Of a DNA stretch of 64,000 nucleotides, positions 52,501 to 58,979 are shown in pieces. Within the stretch, counting starts at the first letter, position 1, and every line of letters begins with the position of its first letter. The notes below the pieces were generated by a model that saw nothing but the letters and a program-made list of their open reading frames with translations, searched no databases and was not told the DNA's origin. A program made the position numbers and the translations under genes. This DNA is from Rebecca billardiae RCC1528 (taxonomy: Eukaryota; Protista; Haptophyta). The DNA lies in NCBI GenBank assembly GCA_965240325.2, contig OZ251225.1, positions 3,534,001-3,598,000 of the forward strand, read 5' to 3'.

Positions 52501-54900
52501 GGCGCATACGGCTTCCCCTACACGACGAGCGTGCCCTTTGAGCTCCTGAGCGCGAGCACGGCCTGCGTCGACGCGTATACTGGGGCCGCGCTGCAGTTCG
52601 ACCTGCGCGCACCTGCCGGCGCGGCGACCATCACGCCGCTCACCACCGCGCTCGTCGCCCTGCTCGAGGACGTGGGGCTCGAGACGGCGCTGGCGCACGC
52701 CCGGCTGCGGACCGTCTTCCTCGACGGCATCAGCGCAGCGGGCACGCTGGACGTGACGCAGTACAACGCCATGGCGCAGCTCCTGGCGGGCGGCGTCGAC
52801 GCACCCTATGTACTCGCAGCGCACCGCGCAGTGCAGCTGGCCGTGGGCGCTGCGGCCGACACGCTCGGCGCCTCGGCTCGCGTGACGTTTGCTGCGCTCG
52901 GCGAGCTGGAGACTTCTGGCGCCCTGCGCAACGCGACGGAGCTCGGCGGCATGCTGCGCGCTCTTCGGGCAGCCAACCTCTCACTCGCCGATCCGGGTGA
53001 CGCCGCGATCGATGCCGCCGCCCTCTCGGCGGCGGAGGCAAGCACAACCTTCCGCGACAGTGTGCTGGGTGTTCGCCGCCAACGCCGCCGGCTGCTCATC
53101 AGCGGCGGCCTGGACAGCGAGCTCCAGCCGGCGCCGCGGCGGGCGCATCGGCAACTGGCGGCGGGCTTTGGCACTCTCCAATCGGCGACCGGCGTGACTG
53201 CCGTGTCCGGCTGCATGGACTCGATGGCGAGCAACTACAACGCGAGCGCGACGATCGACGATGGCTCGTGCAGCATCGAGGGCTGCACGTCAGCCAACGC
53301 GACCAACTACGATGCCAAGGCAACCGTCGACACTGGCAACTGCACGTACCCAGTGCAGGGCTGCACGGTGAGCGACGCCGCAAACTACGACTCTCGCGCG
53401 GAGGTGGACGACGGCAGCTGCGAGCTCCAGGTGAGCGGCTGCACGAGTACGACCGCGAAGAATTATCTCTCCGCCGCGACCAAGGACGACGGCAGCTGCG
53501 TCGAGCCAGTCGCTGGCTGCACGCTGCCGAGCGCCACCAACTTCAACTCGGACGCAACCTCGAACGACGGCAGCTGCACGCTCGCGGTCAAGGGCTGCAC
53601 CGACTCGACCGCGACGACCTTCGACTCGCTCGCCAGCGAGGACGACGGCACCTGTGTGTACGCCGGCTGCACGCTCACAGGGGCCACCAACTACGACTCG
53701 AGTGCGACGCAGAGCAAGGCCTCGAGCTGCGTCTTTGCGCTGAGCGGCTGTCTTGACAGCCGTGCGGAGAACTATGACTCGGCTGCTGAGGTGCACGACG
53801 ACGCGCAGTGCGTCTTCTTCGGCTGCACCGATCCAGGTGCTACCAACTACGACTCGAGCGCCACTGCAGACAGCGGCGCCTGCACCGTCCCGCCATCCGG
53901 GTGCACCGACTCGAGGTCTTTGAACTTCAACTCGAACGCGGAGACCGACGACGGCAGCTGCGTCCACCCCGGCTGCACCGACTCGACTGCAGCGAACTTC
54001 GACTCGAGCGCGACGGAGGACGACAGCTCGTGCGCGAGCGTGCTAGGCTGCACCGATGAATCTGCAGTCAACTTCGAGTCGGACGCGACGGCCGATGACG
54101 GCAGCTGCGCCTACGCTGGCTGTCTGGACTCCACCGCCGTCAACTACGACGCCAGCGCCACTGTGACCAGCGGTGTTTGCAGCTACATCTCCCCGCCACC
54201 GCCCTCGCCGCCCTCGCCGCCGCCCTCGCCGCCGCCCTCGCCGCCGCTCTCCCCGCCGCCCACCCCGCCGCCGCCCGCCTCGCAGCCCTCGCAGCCGCCC
54301 TCTCCGCCGCCACCGCTCCCCGAAGACTCGATCGTGATGCGGGTCACGCTCGGCTTCACACTCCTCGAGTTCACGAGTGCGCTGCAGGGGCTGTACGTGC
54401 AGGGCATCGCTGATGGCGTCGGCGTGAGCGCAAGCTGGGTGACCATCTTGTCCATCGAGGCATCTTCCGTCCTCGTGCGCACGCGAGTGCGCTATGCGAG
54501 CGGCTCCGACGTGCCCGCGCTCATCCAAGCCGCGAACGCGTCGACGGTCGAATCCTGGCTTGCTGCTGCCAGCTCCTCGTTCGTCGTGGCGAGCGACCCG
54601 GTGGTGGAGAGCAGCGGCAGCAGCAGCTCGGACGGCGGCAGCGGCTCCAGTAGCAGCGGAGGCGGCGATGACGACGATGATGACGACGACGACGACGACA
54701 AAGACAACGACCTTGCAGAGCCGAGCGCTGCTTCCTTGGACGAGGAGCAAGCAGTGATCATCGGCGCGTCTGTCGCAGCTGTCGTGTGCCTGCTCCTCGT
54801 TCAGATTTGCTGCTGCGGCGGTGCTCTTGCCTACAAAGAGTACAGACGCCGCCGAGAGGCGCTGCCCCCTGGTGCCGCCTTCCTTCTCAGGGCGGAGTGA
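40558..54900 (+). CDS. 4780-aa modular type-I cell-surface protein: signal peptide, 14 PPC-like Cys domains, 7 copies of an unknown ~155-aa domain, poly-Pro linkers, 24 GCTD..NY..A..DDGSC repeats, acidic tract, TM helix
   Basis: Single open frame; signal MMLAVALAALGLSGAALNA; TM AVIIGASVAAVVCLLLVQICCCGGALAY followed by KEYRRRR. Domain repeats were read directly from the translation. Confidence 0.9.
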   Translation: MMLAVALAALGLSGAALNAPDTTDVVTFDREAAADAPLLALRQHRRMADAGVVLRVPVPPAPPPAAPAPPELPASPSPPSPSPRPRALAAAAAACDASRGPLSCAAPPSGSTMGAPSLVGNPSGEHVYALEGGTSGWDATLDLCGSVFDTYLRVYDGCPDGAGATEVAANDDGGCGFTSLLTVAVPAGATYYAVVEGFGSSEGPYLLTLTGCPPPPPPSSPPLPPPPPPPPPLPPPSPPPPPPTLPAPPPLPRCGDVSLAPEDPRTFYDLLPGSACTRQPSDDRFEWLRLGSTGTPGELLVEWSFVASSSGSHTADHGISLKLLVAYGDGSFGTAHAAVYAPAELVLDGSNAGAHTLTIPPGVCSGDAVVRVSLEDRWWPSHELEGECGTSAEGSHYDNLEGAFAIVPLTPTPPPSPPTPPTPPPAPPSAPPPPAPPPAPCDASRGPLLCAAPAIGNTIGAPSLVGNPSGEHVYAVWGGSSGLNATLDTCGSSFDTYLRVYDGCPDGAAATQVATNDDGGGCGTASLLSVAVPAGATYYALVEGYLSNEGSYVLTTSGCPEPPPSSPPAPPAPPLPPPSLRCGDVSLVPEDPRTFNDLLPGSACTRQPSDDRFEWLRLGSTGTVGELLVEWSFVASSSGSHTADHGISLKLLVAYGDGSFGTAHAAVYAPAELVLDGSNAGAHTLTIPPGVCSGDAVVRVSLEDRWWPSHELEGECGTSAEGSHYDNLEGTFAIVPLTPAPPPSPPTPPTPPPAPPSAPPPPAPPPAPCDASRGPLLCAAPAIGNTIGAPSLVGNPSGEHVYAVWGGSSGLNATLDTCGSSFDTYLRVYDGCPDGAAATQVATNDDGGGCGTASLLSVAVPAGATYYALVEGYLSNEGSYVLTTSGCPEPPPSSPPAPPAPPLPPPSLRCGDVSLVPEDPRTFYDLLPGSACTRQPSDDRFEWLRLGSTGAVGELLVEWSFVASSSGSHTADHGISLKLLVAYGDGSFGTAHAAVYAPAELVLDGSNAGAHTLTIPPGVCSGDAVVRVSLEDRWGPSHELEGECGTSAEGSHYDNLEGTFAIVPLTPAPPPSPPTPPTSPPAPPAPPAPACAEARGPLSCAAPASGSTVGAPDLAGNPSGEHVYTLEGGSSGWNVTLDTCGSSFDTYLRVYDGCPDGAGATEVAQNDDGGGCGTTSLLSVVVPAGVTYYVLVEGYLSNEGSYVLTLAGCPSGPAPPPPPPPPDAPPAPPSLPPPPPSPPPRQPPPPSPPACDASLGLLSCAAPVSGSTIGAPSLVGSASGEHVYALKAGSSDWYATLDTCGSSFDTYLRVYYGCPYGSSSVIAANDDYGDCGSASSLSFWALAGATYYVVVEGVESNEGSYVLTLEGCPSPPASPPLPPPSAPPAPPPPPRCGDVSLVPEDPRTFYDLLPGSACTRQPSDDRFEWLRLGSTGTPGELLVEWSFVASSSGFNTYVHGISLKLLVAYGDEPFGTAHAAVYEWAELVLDGSNAGAHTLVLPPGVCAGSAVVRVSLEDRSGPSHELEGECGTSAEGSHYDNLEGTFEIVRVTPTPPPSPPAPPPPPRCGDVSLAPEDPRTFYDLLPNSACMRQPSDDRFEWLRLGSTGTPGELLVEWSFVASSSGSNTADHGISFKLLVAYGNGSFSTAHAAVYAPAELVLDGSSAGAHTLTIPPGVCSGDAVVRVSLEDRSGPSHELEGECGTDADDLHYDNLEGAFAIVQLTPAPPPSPPAPPPPPPMPPSAPPPPAPPPVPPSAPPPPAPPPPACHALRGPLSCAAPASGSTIGAPSLVGYPTGEHVYALKAGSSDWYATLDTCGSSFDTTLSVYDGCPDDEGSAVVAWNDDSGGFCGTASLLHVAVPAGATYYALVEGLDSEGSYVLTLAGCPSGPFPPPPPPPPHAPPAPPAPPHAPPSPPPPPAPPPVPCDASRGPLSCAAPASGSTVGAPSLVGYPTGEHVYALEGGSSGWDVTLDTCGSSFDTYLRVYDGCPYGAGATEVAANDDGDGCGSTSSLSIAVPAGATYYALVEGFLWTEGSYVLTATGCPSGPAPSPPTPPPPAPPALPSWPPPPPPSPPPRPPPPPSPPACDASLGLLSCAAPVSGSTIGAPSLVGNPSGEHVYTLEGGSSDWDATLDTCGPSFDTYLQVYDGCPYGSSLVIAANYDGCGSGSGLGSRLSFRALAGVTYYVLVEGFESNEGSYVLTLAGCPSGPAPSPPTPPPPAPPALPSWPPSPPPRPPPPLPPLACAASRGPLSCAATVLGSTIGAPSLVGYPSGEHVYALEGGPSGWDATIDTCPSSFDTYLRVYDGCPYSAGATEVAANDDGSDCGTASSLFVAVPAGATYYVLVEGYLSNEGEYVLGATGCPPPQPPSSPPPPPAPPVPPPSLRCGDVSLVPEDPRTFYDLLPGSACTRQPSDDRFEWLRLGSTGTPGELLVEWSFVASSSGFNTATRGISFKLLVAYGDGPFGTAHAKVYEPAELVLDGSNAGAHTLTIPPGVCSGDAVVRVSLEDRWGPSHELEGECGTNAEGSHYDNLEGTFEIARVTPAPPPSPPTPPTPPPAPPSAPPPPAPPPVQCDASRGPLSCAAPASGSTVGAPSLVGSTSGEHVYALEGGSSGWDATLHTCGSSFDTYLRVYDGCPDGAAATQVATNDDGGGCGSTSSLSIAVPAGATYYVLVEGFLSNEGSYVLTLVGCLSPPAPPPPTPPPFAPPALPPQPPPPPSPSPGPPPSPLPPPACAASRGLLSCAAPVSGDTWGEQSLLGNPSGEHVYALEGGPSDWYATLDTCGSSFNTFLIVYDRCPYDEGAYQVANDLTCALGVTVPAGVTYYVLVEGFGYNQGVYVLSVTGCPPPLPPSPPAPPSSPLAPPPRPPPRSPPPAPPAPPAPPPEPPSAPPPPAPPPPSCAVSRGPLPCAADTSGSTIGAPSLVGYPSGEHVYALAGGISGLSATLGTCGSFIYTYLRVYDGCPDGEGATEVAATYTGGLCFADAYLSVAVPTGATYYVLIEGVGSSEGQYVLTIVGGCPSPPPALPPAPPVPPPLPPSPPAPPAPPSLPPLPPPSSPSPRSPPLPPPDLSPRPPPPPLPPPACAEARGLLSCSAPVSGSTIGAPSLVGSASGEHVYALKGGLLGWDATLDTCGSSFDTYLRVYDGCPDGAGAMEVAENDDGGGCGTTSALSVAVPAGATYYALVEGYLSDEGQYVLGVTGCPSPPAPPPGPPAPPPLQPPPPPPPLPPPPPRCGDVSLVPEDPRTFYDLLPSSACTRQQSDDRFEWLRLGSTGTPGELLVEWSFVASSSGLYTVVHGISLELLVAYGNGPMRFSVAHAVVYEPAELAIDGSNSGAHTLAIPLDVCSGDAFVRVSLKDRSGPSDELEGACGTDSGNSHYDNLEGAFAIVPLTPPPALPPRTPPPAAPPAPPSRPPPPPSPPTPPVPPPSPPAPPAPPVPACAASRGLLSCTAPASGSTLGAPSLVGNPSGEHVYALEGGTSGLNATLDTCGSSLDTYLRVYDGCPDGEGATEVAENDDGGDCSWASLLSVAVPAGATYYALVEGYLSKEGSYVLTLAGCPSRPAPSPPAPPPAAPPPPSPPPSRPPAPPLLPPSSPPSPPPSLLPPSPQPSLPPPPLPPPRPPPPPRAQPFAPPSPPSPPPSPPPPPPSLPPPPPPPPSPPPSPPPPPPRAGCTNPAATNYDPLAIVLASGSCEYAITGCTDPTAKNYRSAANADDGSCVQFAYGCTVRSAFNFNSSANTNDGSCTFVTLGCTDSSALNFNALADVDNGQCRLPVLGCTASVASNYDASATVDDGSCAFAARGCTDPAAINYAPLAVTDDGSCIAQVEGCTVTSALNYDLAANVDDGTCVYAVLGCTDSISPSYRPAANSDDGSCEYEGCTDSSAFNYDMSATVSDFSCTPHVDGCVDSTAVNYVAAATRQPGSVRCEFAGCTDSDAITYDPSATLRDGSCQYTRAAGRAIAIGYAAGCHVRADGVLRDTTSGAGAYGFPYTTSVPFELLSASTACVDAYTGAALQFDLRAPAGAATITPLTTALVALLEDVGLETALAHARLRTVFLDGISAAGTLDVTQYNAMAQLLAGGVDAPYVLAAHRAVQLAVGAAADTLGASARVTFAALGELETSGALRNATELGGMLRALRAANLSLADPGDAAIDAAALSAAEASTTFRDSVLGVRRQRRRLLISGGLDSELQPAPRRAHRQLAAGFGTLQSATGVTAVSGCMDSMASNYNASATIDDGSCSIEGCTSANATNYDAKATVDTGNCTYPVQGCTVSDAANYDSRAEVDDGSCELQVSGCTSTTAKNYLSAATKDDGSCVEPVAGCTLPSATNFNSDATSNDGSCTLAVKGCTDSTATTFDSLASEDDGTCVYAGCTLTGATNYDSSATQSKASSCVFALSGCLDSRAENYDSAAEVHDDAQCVFFGCTDPGATNYDSSATADSGACTVPPSGCTDSRSLNFNSNAETDDGSCVHPGCTDSTAANFDSSATEDDSSCASVLGCTDESAVNFESDATADDGSCAYAGCLDSTAVNYDASATVTSGVCSYISPPPPSPPSPPPSPPPSPPLSPPPTPPPPASQPSQPPSPPPPLPEDSIVMRVTLGFTLLEFTSALQGLYVQGIADGVGVSASWVTILSIEASSVLVRTRVRYASGSDVPALIQAANASTVESWLAAASSSFVVASDPVVESSGSSSSDGGSGSSSSGGGDDDDDDDDDDDKDNDLAEPSAASLDEEQAVIIGASVAAVVCLLLVQICCCGGALAYKEYRRRREALPPGAAFLLRAE
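41317..43800 (+). repeat. Recent 984-bp coding tandem duplication (two-domain unit, ~2.5 copies)
   Basis: TGCGGCGACGTCTCGCTG at 41317, 42301 and 43285, with near-identical intervening sequence. Confidence 0.9.
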
Positions 54901-54985
54901 ATGCCGGCAGCGCAGACGTGAGACGACGATAGCTACTGTACTTACCAGTCGTCCATCAATGAATATTGCGTGACGATCAGATCGA

Positions 54986-55018
<33 letters not shown>

Positions 55019-55041
55019 ATGATATATATATATATATATAT

Positions 55042-57316
55042 GTGTCCTCCTGCATGAAGAGCGACGCGACGCCATTGAGTATGGACGAACATCACCCACA
55101 GTCTGCGTGATGTGCATGCGAGGGCAGGTATTGCAGCATATATGCGAGCATGCAGCAAATGCCGATACACACCATGCCGAAATGGTGATGTATAAATATA
55201 TACTTGCGCGTGGTGGGGATTTGTCCCTGGCTGAACGGGAAGAGCGACTGAGCCGACGGTGCCAAAGCTGCGCGCAGACTGCGCCAGCGTGTGGCAGCAA
55301 GGTCCCTGGCTCAGGCAAGCGCAGCACTCACAGGCCTGACGACAAGGTTGTCAACCACAACGTCAACGGAGGCTGCAGGGGCGGATGGCGGGTTTCGCAA
55401 CGAGCACAAGCAAAGAACGCAGAGGAGATGGCGGGACCTCGGGCTTTGCAGATGCGCAGGCCGAAGCAGGGGCTGCCGAGAGATGAGCAGCTCGGCCCGA
55501 AAGGTCGTGTAACCGATGATCGAGCGAGCTCTGCTAGGTGGGCTGCTTGATATGAACTTTGGTAAGTTGCCACGCCGACTTAAGATGACCTTGTATATGA
55601 TCTCGAGCGCCGGATAGTGGAGAGGAGCGGGTACTTACAGAGGAGCCAGTGTGGTTGGCCGATATGAAAGGACCAGCGCCCGCCATGATGATGATAAAGG
55701 ATAGCTCCGTGGCCGATGAGCTCCGGAAATCGACTGCAACTACCTGCAGGACCTAGAAGACGATGGCGGCCCTTGTCCACCAGCTGCGCGTTGCCTTTCC
55801 AGCCTCCCGACACACTCGGTTATAACTCCGTTATAACGCCACGTGTCCTCCTGCATGAAGAGCGACGCGACGCCATTGAGTATGGACGAACATCACCCAC
55901 AGTCTGCGTGATGTGCATGCGAGGGCAGGTATTGCAGCATATATGCGAGCATGCAGCAAATGCCGATACACACCATGCCGAAATGGTGATGTATAAATAT
56001 ATACTTGCGCGTGGTGGGGATTTGTCCCTGGCTGAACGGGAAGAGCGACTGAGCCGACGGTGCCAAAGCTGCGCGCAGACTGCGCCAGCGTGTGGCAGCA
56101 AGGTCCCGTTTGTGAGCAGGAGAGATCCCGTTGAGGATGAGGGTGCTGCTGAGAGATGATGGAGGCGGATGACACGGAGGAGGCCAGAGGTCTGTAGCGC
56201 AAGGTGGCACGTCCTCGTTTTTTTTGGGGTTTTTTTTTTTGAGGTTGCGTGCGTGTGCGCGCGCGCGCGCGCGTTGGGTAAGCGAGTTCGGGGGTGGGTG
56301 CGTGGGGACCTCCGGACCTACAAAGGTCTGGCCCGCAAGGGCTGTGCCTACAAAGGCTGTGCCTACAAAGGTCACTGGTGTGCCTACAAAGGTCACTGAT
56401 GTGCCTACAAAGGCTGTGCCTACAAAGGTCACTGGTGTGCCTACAAAGGTCACTGGTGTGGCCTACAAAGGTCACGGGTGTGCCTACAAAGGCTGTGCCT
56501 ACAAAGGTCACGGGTGTGCCTACAAAGGCTGTGCCTACAAAGGTCACTGGTGTGCCTACAAAGGTCACTGGTGTGCCTACAAAGGTCACGGGTGTGCCTA
56601 CAAAGGCTGTGCCTACAAAGGTCACGGGTGTGCCTACAAAGGCTGTGCCTACAAAGGTCACTGGTGTGCCTACAAAGGTCACGGGTGTGCCTACAAAGGC
56701 TGTGCCTACAAAGGTCACGGGTGTGCCTACAAAGGCTGTGCCTACAAAGGTCACGGGTGTGCCTACAAAGGCTGTGCCTACAAAGGTCACGGGTATGCCT
56801 GCAAAGGCTGTGCCCACAAAGGCTGGTGGCCTACAAAGGCTTGGCCGAAGCGTAGAGACGATGTTGCTGCACAACGAGCACAAGCAAAGAACGCAGAGGA
56901 GATGGCGGGACCTCGGGCTTTGCAGATGCGCAGGCCGAAGCAGGGGCTGCCGAGAGATGAGCAGCTCGGCCCGAAAGGTCGTGTAACCGATGATCGAGCG
57001 AGCTCTGCTAGGTGGGCTGCTTGATATGAACTTTGGTAAGTTGCCACGCCGACTTAAGATGACCTTGTATATGATCTCGAGCGCCGGATAGTGGAGAGGA
57101 GCGGGTACTTACAGAGGAGCCAGTGTGGTTGGCCGATATGAAAGGACCAGCGCCCGCCATGATGATGATAAAGGATAGCTCCGTGGCCGATGAGCTCCGG
57201 AAATCGACTGCAACTACCTGCAGGACCTAGAAGACGATGGCGGCCCTTGTCCACCAGCTGCGCGTTGCCTTTCCAGCCTCCCGACACACTCGGTTATAAC
57301 TCCGTTATAACGCCAC
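55042..57316. mobile_element. Non-coding element with split direct repeats A-x-B-A-y-B (TOC1/PAT/Ngaro-like non-autonomous tyrosine-recombinase retroelement, or head-to-tail dimer), inserted in a (TA)n tract
   Basis: A (265 bp) at 55042-55306 and 55843-56107; B (445 bp) at 55398-55842 and 56872-57316. B abuts A at GCCAC|GTGTC; ATAT flanks on both sides; no long TIR. Confidence 0.8.
56317..56842. repeat. Two-unit minisatellite: 15-bp GTGCCTACAAAGGCT and 21-bp GTGCCTACAAAGGTCAC(T/G)GGT, ~27-28 cores
   Basis: Directly visible; constant core CCTACAAAGG with no unique spacers. Confidence 0.95.
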
Positions 57317-58340
57317 ATATATGCACGCACCGTATATAGTAGTAGCTTAGTCGTAGTATATTATTAGCACATATCAGCAGTCTTATTAATATATTATTAA
57401 GCAGATCGATGACGATGACTACAGCACTCTCATCGGCTCAGAGCTGCGCTTCATTGCTTGTAATGACACTGCATGTCCATCCGCCACCGACGGTCGGCCT
57501 GTGAGCAGCAGCACCTCGGCTCGGCGGCTGCCGTGACGAACACGCGCGGCGCTGCCGGCTGAGCGGCTGAGCCTGAGGCTGCGCTCAGTAGTCTAAGTAG
57601 GTAGTACGACAGCATTCTCTGAGTGTGGTGTAGACATCCCCCCCCCGACTGGGACACCGGCAATAATATGATGGGCGATGTGCTGCTGACGATGTAGTCT
57701 ACAGTTTACTATGTTTTAACGTGCACACTTGGTTAAGGCGTGATTGACGCCATCCAACACTGCACAAAGACACCGCCACAAAACAGACCGGCGCAGGCAG
57801 GTGAGGGGCGCGTTGCCGCACCTCATCGAGGCGGCCATTGCAGCAAGCGGCCGCCCCGCGCTCGGAGGCACGCGCTCGGGAGCGCGCTCTGACACCACAC
57901 GGGGAGGGTGCTGCACCTGGATGTTGTATCCCAGCCACCTCGAGAGTGCAGCCGCGCCAAACACCTGCCTGCGCTGTGAGCGACGCCACGTCGACTGATC
58001 GAGCCCCAGCCGAAGGGAAGAACTGGAAGATGAAGGGTGGGCAGGTCCACATGACAGTACTGCTAGGCGGCTCACGCATGCAATAATAATTTTACACTGA
58101 TGCCAAATTATGGCGCGCTATAAAAGCTAGTAAGCTAGCAAGCTAGCAGCGGCGGCGGGGTGTCATGCGCCTAGCGCCACTGCCCCGTACAGTCCGTACG
58201 CTCCCCTAGTAGCCCGCCGGGCCCTAGCCAGCCCAGCCAGCGCTGAGCAGGCCATGCCAGGCCACCTGGCAAAGCGCGCGCTCCCGCGGACCACCTCATC
58301 ACGGCTCGCGCGGCCCATGCTGGCCCTGCTGGCGGCCCAT

Positions 58341-58972
58341 TGATGTAGGTTATACCCGGCGACCCGTCGGCGGTCCGGTCGAACGGCTGAGAGCAGGCGA
58401 GCAGATATATATATATATATTGATTGGCGCTTCGCGCGTGTCGTGCGGTCCTTACTGTGTTTCGTGGGGCGAAGGGGCGTCCCCCTTGCTGGCGGTGGTT
58501 TCAGGTAACTGATGTTTCAGTCTGGTGAAAGCTGATGGAAGTGGCATCGAAGATTTTGGAATCTTCGTGTGCCTGCTTCCCTCGGTCGGAATGCTCTCGG
58601 AATTCCGTTGATTGCCTTCGCGTCATTGCACGAAAGCTTCCTGTGATGATCGGGACGTCTCCTCGAAATGAAAAGAAAGTTCTGATGACTGCATGGTAGT
58701 CTCTGGTCCAGTTCAGGGTACCTTCCCAAGTGGTGAAGAATCCCTGGACCCTTGGATGTGTAGTCCGAAGACCTCATGTGTGTGCCGATGCTCCTTATCT
58801 TTGGAGTAGTAACTTGCATGAACAATGGCTGCTGTTGGCCTTGCTCTTGAATGGTGAAACCGATTGAATTGCATGATGAAAGTCTGTAGCTTGGCGGCTG
58901 AAATTGCTCAGCGCCTTGGAATTAAAGTCTCGAGCTGGGGAATGGCGCCGATGGCTGCCTTGGACTTTGACA
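58341..58972 (-). repeat. Putative 3' LTR (~630 bp) of the Copia element
   Basis: TG directly after the PPT, internal (TA)n TATA-like tract at ~58405-58421, and CA end. The second LTR is not in the window, so the distal boundary is inferred. Confidence 0.6.
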
Positions 58973-58979
58973 CGCCCCC

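Noticed and set aside
55107-56159. Cys/His-rich ORFs within repeat A
   Set aside because: No recognisable domain, and the two copies run into different flanking frames; treated as non-coding repeat.
56317-56842. CRISPR-like appearance of the CCTACAAAGG array, and its ORFs (VPTKVTG / FVGTPVT repeats)
   Set aside because: There are no unique spacers, the units are too short, there are no cas genes and the context is eukaryotic. Open frames arise from 15/21-bp periodicity and are broken by a 1-nt insertion.
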